Positions 18,242-28,151 are shown, counted from the first letter of the stretch. The stretch: 64,000 bases of DNA from Candidatus Omnitrophota bacterium (GCA_029261055.1 JAJDCA010000071.1:25778-89777); one strand, 5' to 3'. Translations and numbers: made by a program. Notes: generated by a model from the sequence alone, not told the origin.

Positions 18242-20728
18242 ATGACGGTTACGGAAATTGCAAAAATATACAATACAACGGATGATTACGTTTTAAAGAC
18301 ATTAAAGTCTTTGAAGTTAAAAGCTAAAGGTACTCAACAAGAACTTAATGCCGTGGTTGCGTCTGTTTTAAAAAGTGAATTAAATAAACATAAAGATACT
18401 ATGCCTAAGAAAGGCGAGGAAAAATCGGAAAAAGAAACGACGACTAAGAAAAAGGCTGTAAAAAAGAAGGCTGTAAAAAAAGAAAAAGAAGATTCTGAGA
18501 CAAGCAAAGAAAAGCCTGTTAAAGAAAAGGTAACGAAAGTCAAAGAAACGAAAGTCAAAGAAACGAAGGTCAAAGAATCCAAGGTCAAAGAAACAAAAGT
18601 TAAGAAATCAAAGGTTACAGAAGTCGAAGCTAAAAAGACTGAAAAGCCGGAAGCAACTACGACAAAAAAGAAAGCCACTACTACGAAAAAAGTTGTTACA
18701 AAAGAGCCTGTTAAGGCAAAAGTAAGGATTAGTAATGCCCCCGTTATTACTTTAAAACCTTTGAGTCGTAAAAGACGAAAACCTACAGGACCAGGATCAT
18801 CTGATGCCAGTAAGACAGCTCTTAAACATCAGGCAGAAAAAAGTAATGTGCCAACTGTTCCTGAAGGTGGTTTGGCCGCAGCGATAAAAGAAGCTTCGGC
18901 TGCATCTTTGGCAAATAAAGAATCTTCGGAACAAGAGGCTGTTCCAGAAAAATGGATAAGAGATGAATCCTTGCCGGATTTAGAAATCAATCTTCCTGTT
19001 ACGGTAAAAGAATTAGCGATTAAAATGCAACAGAAACCAAGCTTTGTTTTGAAAGAGTTGATGAAATTGGGTATTCTTGCGCATATTAATCAAAATCTTG
19101 ATGGAGATATTGTTAGTCGATTGACGATTAAGTTTGGATATAACTTAGCAAAGATTAAGACACAAGAAGAGCAGCTTATTGATATTCATAAACATGAAGA
19201 AGAAGATCCAAAACTTTTAAAGTCACGGGCTCCGGTTGTAACGTTTATGGGGCATGTTGATCATGGGAAAACTACCCTTGTAGATAGAATCAGGAAAACA
19301 AAAGTTGCCGATGCTGAGCATGGAGGTATTACGCAGCACATGGGAGCCTATTCTGTTGATCTTAAGAAAGGACGGATTACCTTTTTAGATACACCCGGAC
19401 ACGAAGCGTTTACATCGATGAGAGCGCGTGGCGCACACATTACAGATTTAGTTGTTCTTGTTGTCGCTGCTGATGATGGTATTATGCCGCAGACACAAGA
19501 GGCCATTGATCATGCCCGTGCGGCTAATGTTCCTATTGTTGTGGCGTTGACAAAAATTGACTTGCCCAATGCAGATTGTGATCGTGTTAAAAAACAGTTG
19601 GCTGAAATAAATTTGGCTGCAGAAGACTGGGGTGGAAAAACGGTGACTATCGGTGTATCTGCCATTACCGGAGAAGGGGTTGATGAATTGTTGGAATTGA
19701 TTCTTCTTGAGTCTGAAATGTTAGAGCTAAAAGCTAATACTCAGAAAAAAGCTTCGGGTATTGTCGTTGAAGCCCATATGAGCCAGGGCAAAGGTGCTGT
19801 AACAACGATGATTGTGCAAAGTGGAACATTAAATGCCGGTGAATTTGTTGTTGTAGGTCCTTATTATGGCAAAGTAAGAGCCATGTTTGATGATCACGCT
19901 CGCTCTGTAACAGCAGCTGGACCTTCTATGCCGGTAGAGGTGTTAGGTTTGTCTGATGTGCCTGAGGCAGGCGACATGTTTTATGTTGTGGAGGACGAAA
20001 AGCGAGCCAGAGATATTTCTTTTAAACGGCAGGAGCAGTTAAAAGATAAAAGATTGCATGAAAATCAGAAGCTTACACTTGAAGACCTTCATGCACAGCT
20101 CCAGGAAGGTGCTGTTAAAGAGCTTAATGTAGTGTTGAAGTCAGACGTGCAAGGATCATTAGAGGCGCTAAAAGATTCTTTATCCAAAATTCCTAGTGAT
20201 AAGGTCAAAATAAAATTTATTCATGTTGGCGTCGGTGAAATTAATACATCAGATGTTCTTTTAGCCGCAGCTTCCAAAGCAATTATTATTGCATTTCATG
20301 TTGGGACAGATGTGCGGGCTAAAGAAGAGGTGAGGCGCCAGCCGGTTGAAATACGGGAATACCGTATTATTTATGATGCGGTAACAGATATTAAACAAGC
20401 CCTAGAAGGATTGTTGGAAGCAAAAACAAAGAAAAACTTTTTAGGGCGAGCAGAAATACGTCAGGTTTTTAAACTTTCTAAACACGGTATTGTTGCTGGT
20501 TGTTATTTGATGAAAGGGAAAGTCCATCGCAAAGCTCATGCGGATGTTATTCGGAATGAAGAGGTTGTTTTTTCCGGTAAACTTTCATCTTTAAAGAGAT
20601 TTAAGGATGATGTTAAGGAAGTGACAGAAGGAATGGAATGCGGTATTGTTGTTTCCAATTTTGATAAATATCAATCCGGCGATATTATTGAGATGTATGA
20701 ATTAGAATCGGTAGCTCAAAAATTATGA
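18242..20728 (+). CDS. infB: Translation initiation factor IF-2
   Basis: G-domain [18 protein letters not shown], and NKID motifs. The N-terminus is Lys-rich with KVKETKVKE tandem repeats. Confidence 0.95.
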   Translation: MTVTEIAKIYNTTDDYVLKTLKSLKLKAKGTQQELNAVVASVLKSELNKHKDTMPKKGEEKSEKETTTKKKAVKKKAVKKEKEDSETSKEKPVKEKVTKVKETKVKETKVKESKVKETKVKKSKVTEVEAKKTEKPEATTTKKKATTTKKVVTKEPVKAKVRISNAPVITLKPLSRKRRKPTGPGSSDASKTALKHQAEKSNVPTVPEGGLAAAIKEASAASLANKESSEQEAVPEKWIRDESLPDLEINLPVTVKELAIKMQQKPSFVLKELMKLGILAHINQNLDGDIVSRLTIKFGYNLAKIKTQEEQLIDIHKHEEEDPKLLKSRAPVVTFMGHVDHGKTTLVDRIRKTKVADAEHGGITQHMGAYSVDLKKGRITFLDTPGHEAFTSMRARGAHITDLVVLVVAADDGIMPQTQEAIDHARAANVPIVVALTKIDLPNADCDRVKKQLAEINLAAEDWGGKTVTIGVSAITGEGVDELLELILLESEMLELKANTQKKASGIVVEAHMSQGKGAVTTMIVQSGTLNAGEFVVVGPYYGKVRAMFDDHARSVTAAGPSMPVEVLGLSDVPEAGDMFYVVEDEKRARDISFKRQEQLKDKRLHENQKLTLEDLHAQLQEGAVKELNVVLKSDVQGSLEALKDSLSKIPSDKVKIKFIHVGVGEINTSDVLLAAASKAIIIAFHVGTDVRAKEEVRRQPVEIREYRIIYDAVTDIKQALEGLLEAKTKKNFLGRAEIRQVFKLSKHGIVAGCYLMKGKVHRKAHADVIRNEEVVFSGKLSSLKRFKDDVKEVTEGMECGIVVSNFDKYQSGDIIEMYELESVAQKL

Positions 20729-21705
20729 CAAAGACTGTTTTTAGTGCGATGCGTCCGACAGGTAAGCTTCATTTGGGGCATCTTGTTGGTGCTTTAACAA
20801 ATTGGCTTGACCTTCAAGAAAAGTATTCCTGCCTATTCTCCATTGTTGATTGGCATGCCTTGATGGGAGAGTATGAACAAAGTAAGACAATTCACGAGAA
20901 TGTGATTGATATGGCGATTGATTGGATGGCTTGTGGTATTGATCCATCAAAATCCATTCTTTTTGTTCAGTCTCATGTGCCGGAACATTTAGAACTGCAG
21001 ATGATTTTTTCCTGCATAACGCCTTTAGGTTGGTTAGAGCGTAATCCCACTTACAAAGAGCAACTGCGTGAGATTAAGACGCGTGATTTGCAAACTTATG
21101 GTTTTTTAGGGTATCCTGTTTTACAGGCGGCGGATATTTTACTTTACAAAGCTAATGCTGTGCCTATTGGTGAAGACCAATTGCCTCATCTTGAATTATC
21201 CCGCGAAATTTCTCGACGATTCAATCATATTTTTAAAAATGAGTATTTTCCTGATTGCGAAGCCATATTGACTAAGACTCCTCGTCTTTTAGGGATTGAT
21301 GGTCGGAAAATGAGCAAGAGTTATCAGAATGCAATCCATCTTTCAGATTCTAAAGAGGACGTGACAAAGAAAGTAAAAAATATGTTTACCGATCCGAAAC
21401 GGATTAGGCTTTCTGATCCAGGTCATCCTGATGAATGTAATGTGTGTGAGTATTACAAGGTTTTTGCACCAGAAAAAACTGAAGAAGTTCAGGAATGGTG
21501 TACGAAAGCTCAAAAGGGATGTACGGACTGTAAGCAAATTTTAACAGATGAATTGATGCGGCATTTAGAACCTATTCAAGAAAAAAGGGAAGCATTAAGC
21601 AAAAATAAAGACCGAGTGAAAGATATTTTGTATGGTGGTCAAAAACGCGCTAAACAGATAGCCCAAGAAACCATGGGGCAGGTCAAGGAGATCGTATTCG
21701 GATGA
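20725..21705 (+). CDS. trpS: Tryptophanyl-tRNA synthetase
   Basis: Class I HIGH-like motif (GKLHLGHLVG) and KMSKS (KMSKS at aa ~196). ATGA overlap with infB. Confidence 0.93.
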   Translation: MTKTVFSAMRPTGKLHLGHLVGALTNWLDLQEKYSCLFSIVDWHALMGEYEQSKTIHENVIDMAIDWMACGIDPSKSILFVQSHVPEHLELQMIFSCITPLGWLERNPTYKEQLREIKTRDLQTYGFLGYPVLQAADILLYKANAVPIGEDQLPHLELSREISRRFNHIFKNEYFPDCEAILTKTPRLLGIDGRKMSKSYQNAIHLSDSKEDVTKKVKNMFTDPKRIRLSDPGHPDECNVCEYYKVFAPEKTEEVQEWCTKAQKGCTDCKQILTDELMRHLEPIQEKREALSKNKDRVKDILYGGQKRAKQIAQETMGQVKEIVFG

Positions 21706-22445
21706 CTTACAAATTAAAGCTCGATGTTTTTGAGGGACCACTAGATTTACTTCTTTATCTTATTAAGAAGGATGATATTGATATTACGGATATTCCTATT
21801 GCTGAGGTAACAGATCAATATTTGCAGTACATAGAAATGATGAAAATTTTGGATTTAAATGTTGTTGGGGATTTTTTGGTTATGGCAGCCACCTTGATGC
21901 ATATTAAATCTAAAATGCTTCTGCCTCCCGATCCAAATGCTGAAGAAGGGGAAGAAGAGGATCCACGCGATGAATTAGTGAGACGTCTTCATGAATACAA
22001 AAAGTTTAAAGAAGTTGCTGGTGTTTTGAAAACGCGGGAAGAAGATCGTCAAGATTTGTTTCCACGTGTGGTTGATGAGCAGACAACAGAGAAATTAAAA
22101 GAAGATTCTAAAGAAATTTATTTTGAGGCTAATCTTTTTGATTTGATTAATGCCTTAAGTGATGCTTTAAAGAAAGTTCCGGAAGAAGTTATTCATGAAA
22201 TCATCCAGGAAGAGTTTACTATTGAACAGAAAATTCATGATATTTTGCATTGTCTTTTGGAACAGGATAGTACGAAGTTAAAAACTGTATTTGAAAAGGC
22301 TAGGAATAAGGTTGAAATGATTGTGACTTTTCTTGCAGTACTGGAACTTATCAGGTTAAAAGAAATTAAAGCTGTCCAGAAAAACGTATTTGGTGATATT
22401 GAAATTTTGCGGAATAAGGATAACATGGTTCCAGCAGATAATTAG
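21702..22445 (+). CDS. scpA: Segregation and condensation protein A
   Basis: FEGPLDLLLYLIKK N-terminal signature. ATGA overlap with trpS. Confidence 0.88.
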   Translation: MTYKLKLDVFEGPLDLLLYLIKKDDIDITDIPIAEVTDQYLQYIEMMKILDLNVVGDFLVMAATLMHIKSKMLLPPDPNAEEGEEEDPRDELVRRLHEYKKFKEVAGVLKTREEDRQDLFPRVVDEQTTEKLKEDSKEIYFEANLFDLINALSDALKKVPEEVIHEIIQEEFTIEQKIHDILHCLLEQDSTKLKTVFEKARNKVEMIVTFLAVLELIRLKEIKAVQKNVFGDIEILRNKDNMVPADN

Positions 22446-22460
22446 AGATTAAATAATTTT

Positions 22461-22522
22461 AAGGTGACTCGTCGCTCGTGGCGCGTCGCTCGTAAAAAAT
22501 GAGTCACTCGCCACGAGCGACG
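22461..22522. repeat. GC-rich palindromic leader element (family C, copy 2), ending 5 nt before the ruvB ATG
   Basis: TTTTAAGGTGACTCGTCGCTCGTGGCGCGTCGCTCGTAAAAAATGAGTCACTCGCCACGAGCGACG is homologous to the 30856-30950 copy. Confidence 0.65.
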
Positions 22523-22527
22523 ATAAA

Positions 22528-23592
22528 ATGAACGAAAAACGTAAAATTATTTTCAATCAAGAAAATTCTTCCGCATCTGAAAGTAAAAACAGTTCCGGCC
22601 GAGATTCATTGCACCAGCAGGAAACTGAAGAAGATCAAGTTTACAGTCTATCCTTACGCCCTTCCCGTATTGAAGAATTCATTGGACAACAAGAACTAAA
22701 AGATAACTTACAGGTTGCTCTTCAGGCGGCGCAACAACGTAAAGAGCCTATTGAGCATATGCTTTTTTCCGGCCCTCCGGGTTTGGGAAAGACTTCCCTT
22801 GCTAATATTGTGGCCAATCATATGGGAGCACGTCTAACCACAACATCCGGTCCATCTATTACACGGGCTGGTGACTTGATTGGTATTTTGACAAATTTAG
22901 AACATGGCGATGTTTTATTTATTGATGAAATCCATCGCATGTCCAAAACGGTTGAAGAGTTTTTGTATCCGGCCATGGAAAATTTTAAAATTGATTTTAT
23001 TGTCGATAAAGGCCCATATGCGAAAACGATTAATTTTAATTTAAAACCATTCACACTCATTGGCGCTACAACACGCAGTGGGCTTTTAGCTGCTCCTTTA
23101 CGCGATCGTTTCGGCATATTTTATCATTTAGGATTTTACCAGCCGGAAGAGTTAAGCACGATTGTAACAAAGTCTGCAGAGAAATTGAATGTGACCATTA
23201 TGCCGGAAGCTTCTTTAGAGATTGCCCGTCGGGCTCGTGGGACTCCACGTATTGCTAACAGGCTCCTGCGTCGCGTCCGTGATTATGCTCAAGTTAAGAC
23301 CTCAGGAGAAACGATTGGAAAGCACGTTGTAGATGAGGCGATGGGTACGCTCAGAATTGATGTTGCAGGTCTGGATGACTTAGATCGAAGATTAATGCAA
23401 GTCGTCAACGATCATTACAAAGGTGGCCCAGTGGGTATCGAAACCCTAGCCGCCACCCTTAACGAAGAACTCGATACAATCGTCGACGTGGTAGAGCCAT
23501 ATCTTTTGAAAATCGGTTTTCTTAATCGAACCCCCCGCGGTCGGGAATTAACAGATGCAGCCGTGCAGCATATTTTGGTGAATAAAGTGTAA
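22528..23592 (+). CDS. ruvB: Holliday junction branch migration helicase RuvB (with ~45-aa N-terminal extension)
   Basis: GPPGLGKTSLA Walker A, DEIHR Walker B, and RGTPRIANRLLRRVRD sensor / winged-helix region. Confidence 0.93.
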   Translation: MNEKRKIIFNQENSSASESKNSSGRDSLHQQETEEDQVYSLSLRPSRIEEFIGQQELKDNLQVALQAAQQRKEPIEHMLFSGPPGLGKTSLANIVANHMGARLTTTSGPSITRAGDLIGILTNLEHGDVLFIDEIHRMSKTVEEFLYPAMENFKIDFIVDKGPYAKTINFNLKPFTLIGATTRSGLLAAPLRDRFGIFYHLGFYQPEELSTIVTKSAEKLNVTIMPEASLEIARRARGTPRIANRLLRRVRDYAQVKTSGETIGKHVVDEAMGTLRIDVAGLDDLDRRLMQVVNDHYKGGPVGIETLAATLNEELDTIVDVVEPYLLKIGFLNRTPRGRELTDAAVQHILVNKV

Positions 23593-23697
23593 TACCAAAT
23601 CCATTAAATAATTTCTCTTTTGGTAGTGGCTATTCTTGTAGAAGCATTCGAGAAAAGCCAAATGGATTATGGTCATTATTTAATGGAATTGGTATAA

Positions 23698-23904
23698 ATG
23701 GCCAAGACATTAATTTTTGTTGGTATTGTTTTTATCCTCATTGGGATTTGTTTTCAGGTTTTTGGGAAGATTCCTGGAGTTGGCAGGCTGCCTGGGGATA
23801 TTTTTGTTAAACGGGATAACTTTAATTTTTATTTTCCTCTTACAACCTGTATTCTTATCAGTACCATCCTGAGTTTTATTTTCTTCTTATGGAATCAAAA
23901 GTAA
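23698..23904 (+). CDS. DUF2905 family small membrane protein
   Basis: 68 aa with the ...LPGDIFVKRDNFNFYFPLTT... signature. Confidence 0.7.
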   Translation: MAKTLIFVGIVFILIGICFQVFGKIPGVGRLPGDIFVKRDNFNFYFPLTTCILISTILSFIFFLWNQK

Positions 23905-25073
23905 ACAAAAAATCGTACCGCAAGCTTCCAAGGTTTGTTTGGGGTATTTTGTTGTGTTTTTTGATGGTGTATTCATCACCGTATGTCTTAGGTCGAGGTG
24001 AAGAAAAATTCATCCGGGTGGCAATTTTAAAGAATGTTAATAATTTTGTAATATCCGTCAGAGGAAAATACACGATTATTGATCCCAAGACCCAGGAAGT
24101 TTTGAGTCACGGTCGACGTTTGAGCCGATCACGGGTCATCCTGCGTGACGGAGGGATTCATATTGGGCTTAGTTTTTATGCACGGAAAGAGCTTCGGTTG
24201 TTATTGCAGAAAGATGCAACTCTTGAACGTACTGGAAAGAAGAAACGATATCGTGGTGCCATAGATATTTCTGTGAATAAAAAAGGACAATTGTTGGTTA
24301 TCAATGCGGTAGAGTTGGAAGCGTACATTAGGGGTGTTTTGTATCATGAAGTTTCGCACCGTTGGCCTTTGGAAGCTATTAAGGCACAGGCCGTAGCCGC
24401 ACGGACATATGCTTTGTATCAAGCTGAGGTGAATAAAGAAGGGCCGTATGATGTGACCAGCGATATTTATTCGCAGGTCTATGGTGGCCGAAGTGCAGAA
24501 CGGTACCGGACCAATATGGCAGCTGAACGGACTAAGGGGCAGGTACTGCTTTACAATGGTAAAATTCTTCCGGCATATTTTCATGCTTCCTGTGGCGGTC
24601 ATACCGAGAATGTGAAAGAATTGTGGAAGCATGATCTGGCGCCGTTACGGGGACAAAAATGTGTTTATTGCCAGTTAACACCACATTATGCATGGAAGAA
24701 AAACTTTCAGTCTAAGAGCGTCCAAGATAAATTGAATAAACATGGTTACACGTTAGAATTAATTAAAGAAATCCGTATTCTTAGTCGAGCAAAGAGTGGA
24801 CGGATAAAAGATTTGCAAATTACGACGAGGGATGGTAAAACAGTGACCCTTGCCGGAAAGACATTTAGGCATATTATTGGTCCTAATGAATTAAAAAGTA
24901 ATTTTTATGATATTGAGATGAACGGGTATTATTTCGATGTCCATGGGCATGGTTGGGGGCATGGAGTCGGTATGTGCCAATGGGGCGCGTATGCCATGTC
25001 ACAGCAACGGAAGAATTACAAAGAAATTTTAACGTATTATTACCCCGGAGTGAAAATAACATCATGGAAATAG
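23889..25073 (+). CDS. SpoIID/LytB-domain protein (lytic transglycosylase-like cell wall amidase enhancer)
   Basis: Signal peptide plus the SpoIID domain (EAIKAQAVAARTYA..., CGGHTE). Confidence 0.8.
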   Translation: MESKVNKKSYRKLPRFVWGILLCFLMVYSSPYVLGRGEEKFIRVAILKNVNNFVISVRGKYTIIDPKTQEVLSHGRRLSRSRVILRDGGIHIGLSFYARKELRLLLQKDATLERTGKKKRYRGAIDISVNKKGQLLVINAVELEAYIRGVLYHEVSHRWPLEAIKAQAVAARTYALYQAEVNKEGPYDVTSDIYSQVYGGRSAERYRTNMAAERTKGQVLLYNGKILPAYFHASCGGHTENVKELWKHDLAPLRGQKCVYCQLTPHYAWKKNFQSKSVQDKLNKHGYTLELIKEIRILSRAKSGRIKDLQITTRDGKTVTLAGKTFRHIIGPNELKSNFYDIEMNGYYFDVHGHGWGHGVGMCQWGAYAMSQQRKNYKEILTYYYPGVKITSWK

Positions 25074-26137
25074 GAATTGTCGGATTGCCGAATGTTGGAA
25101 AATCAACTTTGTTTAATGCTTTAACAGGGGCAGGGGCCCAGGCAGAAAATTTTCCGTTTACAACGATTGAACCAAATGTCGGTATTGTGCCGTTACCGGA
25201 TGAAAGACTTAATCGATTAGCTGAAGAATTTAAAAGTCAGAAAGTGACACCTGCGGGTATTCGTTTTGTAGATATTGCCGGTCTTGTCAAAGGGGCAAGT
25301 AAAGGCGAGGGGTTGGGTAATAAATTTTTGGCTAATATTCGTGCTGTGGATGCCATTGCCCATGTGGTGCGTTGTTTCCGAGATGAAAATGTCGTTAATG
25401 TAGCAGGCGATCTTAATCCTCTTGAGGCTGTTGAAACGATAGATACGGAACTTTTGTTGGCAGATTTGCAACAAGTTGAGAAGGCTTTGAACAAAATTGA
25501 GGGAGCAGCACGTGCTGGCGATAAGGTGGCGAGAGAAAAACAAGTTATTCTTAAGGAATTAAGTGAAGGTTTTAATGAGGGAAAATCTGCTCGAGTTTTA
25601 GATGTTGATGAAGATGTTGTGAGTGAATTTCAATTTCTTACGGGAAAGCCATTGTTGTATGTGGCTAATACAGATGAAGGAGAACTGGATTCCGGTTTGT
25701 TTGACCCTTTAAAATCGCGTGCTACTCAAGATCAGGCAGAGTTGGTGAGTTTGTCGACCAAATTAGAAACTGAAATTTTAGAATTACCTGAAGCGGATCG
25801 TCGAATATATTATGAAGAAGCGGGTATTACTTCACCGGGGCTGACGCGATTAGCGCGCGCCGGACAGGACCTTTTAAAACTTGTTTGTTTTTTTACGGCT
25901 GGGCCGAAAGAGACCCGGGCCTGGCTTATTCCTCGGGGCACCAAGGCTGCTAAGGCGGCCGGTAAAATTCATAGCGATATTGAGCGTGGATTCATTCGTG
26001 CTGAAATTTATCCTTACAAAGAACTCATGCAATTAGGTTCTTACAAGGCTGTCCAGGAAAAAGGCCTTGTTCGTCTTGAAGGAAAGGATTATCAAATTCA
26101 GGACGGGGATGTCGTTTATTTTCGTTTTAGTGTTTAA
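25064..26137 (+). CDS. ychF: Ribosome-binding ATPase YchF (Obg family GTPase)
   Basis: IGIVGLPNVGKST G1 motif, DIAGLVKGAS, and a TGS domain at the C-terminus. The ATG at 25064 overlaps the upstream gene by 10 nt. Confidence 0.92.
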   Translation: MEIGIVGLPNVGKSTLFNALTGAGAQAENFPFTTIEPNVGIVPLPDERLNRLAEEFKSQKVTPAGIRFVDIAGLVKGASKGEGLGNKFLANIRAVDAIAHVVRCFRDENVVNVAGDLNPLEAVETIDTELLLADLQQVEKALNKIEGAARAGDKVAREKQVILKELSEGFNEGKSARVLDVDEDVVSEFQFLTGKPLLYVANTDEGELDSGLFDPLKSRATQDQAELVSLSTKLETEILELPEADRRIYYEEAGITSPGLTRLARAGQDLLKLVCFFTAGPKETRAWLIPRGTKAAKAAGKIHSDIERGFIRAEIYPYKELMQLGSYKAVQEKGLVRLEGKDYQIQDGDVVYFRFSV

Positions 26138-26167
26138 GTCTTTAATTTATGATGAGGAGGTAAAATA

Positions 26168-26422
26168 ATGTTTGTGTTTATTGCTGGATTTTTTCTTTTG
26201 GCGGCATTGATGTTTCAAATAATAGAATTAAGAAATTTGTCACTTTTGCGGGATGTTTCTGCAACGTCGTATGTCATTTTTACAATAGGATTCTTTTTGT
26301 GGGGTATTTACGGAATTAATACCCATTTAATAGCTTTTTCGGTGGTGGGTTTTTCAGGTGTACTTTTGTGTGCTTTGGCGATTAGTTTAAAGCTTATGGA
26401 TCAAGGCGATGACGGCGAATAA
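26168..26422 (+). CDS. Small membrane protein (3 predicted TM), unknown function
   Basis: 84 aa, hydrophobic, with a GAGG RBS. Confidence 0.5.
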   Translation: MFVFIAGFFLLAALMFQIIELRNLSLLRDVSATSYVIFTIGFFLWGIYGINTHLIAFSVVGFSGVLLCALAISLKLMDQGDDGE

Positions 26423-27224
26423 CATTACGAGTTTGACGAATCCACGGATTAAATCTGTGGTTCGGCTAAGGAATCGACGGCAAAGGGATCAGGATGGATT
26501 AACAATTGTCGAAGGTCTTCGTGAGGTTCAATGTGCGTTGGCTGCAGGAGTTTTGTTGCAAGAATGTTTTGTGGTGCAAGAAGAGATTACGAGCCCTAGG
26601 GCTCAGAATCTCAAGGATTTGATTTTAAAAGAAATTAGTAAACTAAAGATTCCAATCGTTACAACACCTCCAGCTGTTTTTCAAAAAATATCTTACGGTG
26701 ATCGTCATGAAGGTGTCTTAGCTGTTTGTAAAGTGCCCGTGGATTCATTTGAACAGTTTAAGGGGGAATTGAAGTCTTTATTTGTTGTCGTTGAACATGT
26801 GGAAAAGCCGGGAAACTTGGGGGCGATTTTAAGGACGTGTGATGCTGCAGGCGTTGGAGGTGTTATTGTGTGTGATCCTAAGACAGACCTTTACAATCCT
26901 AATGTCATTCGTGCAAGTTTGGGCACAGTCTTTACGAATAAAGTTGTGGTAGCATCCAATGAAGAGGTTTTAGCATTTTTAAAAAAGAAGAAGGTTAAAA
27001 TATGTGCAGCTTTACCGCAGGGGAATGCGGTGTACACAGAATCGCCGTTGACAGGTCCGTTAGCTATTGTTGTAGGAAGTGAGGAAAGTGGATTAAGCGA
27101 TTTCTGGCCACAGTATGCTGATTGGCAAGTTCGTATTCCTATGCACGGAGAGGCCGATTCTCTTAATGTTTCTACTTCGACAGCTATTTTGCTGTATGAA
27201 GCATTGAGGCAGAGGAAATTCTAG
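26409..27224 (+). CDS. TrmH/SpoU-family RNA 2'-O-methyltransferase
   Basis: SPOUT fold motifs (VVEHVEKPGNLGAILRTCDAAG, VVGSEESGLS, IPMHGEADSLNVS). Confidence 0.85.
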   Translation: MTANNITSLTNPRIKSVVRLRNRRQRDQDGLTIVEGLREVQCALAAGVLLQECFVVQEEITSPRAQNLKDLILKEISKLKIPIVTTPPAVFQKISYGDRHEGVLAVCKVPVDSFEQFKGELKSLFVVVEHVEKPGNLGAILRTCDAAGVGGVIVCDPKTDLYNPNVIRASLGTVFTNKVVVASNEEVLAFLKKKKVKICAALPQGNAVYTESPLTGPLAIVVGSEESGLSDFWPQYADWQVRIPMHGEADSLNVSTSTAILLYEALRQRKF

Positions 27225-27338
27225 CTTTCAGACGTCAGCAATCAGACGTCAGTCATAATTAAATGATTTTAAAAGCTGAAGGCTGCAGACTGATTGCTGA
27301 TGTCTGAAAATTGCCGAGCAAAGCGAGGTTTAACTAAA

Positions 27339-28052
27339 ATGCGTTTACAAGTATTTTTATCTAGAAATGGGGTTTGTTCCCGTCGGAACGCTATGGATTT
27401 GATCAAAGCCGGACATGTTACGGTCAATGATCGATGTGTCCGTGAGCCATCAACGGGTATTGATTCTGACACAGACAGAGTTCATGTTGATGGTCAGAGG
27501 GTTAAGGATAAAGTGTACACTTACGTTTTGTTACATAAGCCAACCGGGTATGTGACGACAAAGACTGATCGATTTGCAGAAAAAACAGTGTTTGAATTAT
27601 TACCCAAGCAGTATGCCCATTTGAGTCCGGTTGGCCGGTTAGATAAAAATACGGAGGGGCTTTTACTTTTTACTAATGACGGGGATATGATTTTTAAATT
27701 GACCCATCCCAAATTTCATGTCGACAAAACATATTTTGTTAAGGTTGCCGGGAAGCTTGATGGCGAAACTAAACTAAAAGTAGAAAAAGGTGTTTGGCTT
27801 AAAGGATGGAAAACAGCGCCGGCTAAAATTAAAAATATTCGGCGATTAAAAGACGAAACGATGCTTAATATTACCATTCATGAAGGACGTAAACGACAAA
27901 TTCGTCTTATGTTTGCTAAGGTTAAACATAAAGTGATGTACTTACAGCGTGTTTCTCAAGGTCCATTGCAATTGGGCGTATTGAAAAAAGGGCGTTTTAG
28001 AGTATTGAAAGGAAAAGAAATAGAAAGATTAAGTCTTGCTGTCTCTCAATGA
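27339..28052 (+). CDS. Pseudouridine synthase, RsuA/RluB family (S4 domain + catalytic domain)
   Basis: S4 domain (RLQVFLSRNGVCSRR) and a catalytic Asp in GRLDKNTEGLLLFTNDG. The ATG at 27339 has a GAGG RBS, and the longer ORF-track start at 27294 would run through an inverted repeat. Confidence 0.85.
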   Translation: MRLQVFLSRNGVCSRRNAMDLIKAGHVTVNDRCVREPSTGIDSDTDRVHVDGQRVKDKVYTYVLLHKPTGYVTTKTDRFAEKTVFELLPKQYAHLSPVGRLDKNTEGLLLFTNDGDMIFKLTHPKFHVDKTYFVKVAGKLDGETKLKVEKGVWLKGWKTAPAKIKNIRRLKDETMLNITIHEGRKRQIRLMFAKVKHKVMYLQRVSQGPLQLGVLKKGRFRVLKGKEIERLSLAVSQ

Positions 28053-28061
28053 TTTTTATTT

Positions 28062-28136
28062 TTAATTAGGAATTTCTAGCTTTAAAGAAATTCCAAAAGG
28101 GTCTAATTCCCCGAGGCTTGCCCCGAGGAGATTCAT
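28062..28136. repeat. Modular intergenic palindromic element, type A copy 1 (hairpin GGAATTTCT-agctttaa-AGAAATTCC + gggtctaattccCCGAGGcttgCCCCGagg module)
   Basis: Near-identical copy at 33227-33300 and a half copy at 31777-31810. The 3' module is shared with the type B elements. Confidence 0.8.
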
Positions 28137-28151
28137 TTTCTTTTACAACAT

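Noticed and set aside
18334-18678. 114-aa minus-strand ORF antisense to the infB repeat region
   Set aside because: Lies wholly inside infB. Its hydrophobic low-complexity product is generated by the K-codon repeats on the other strand.
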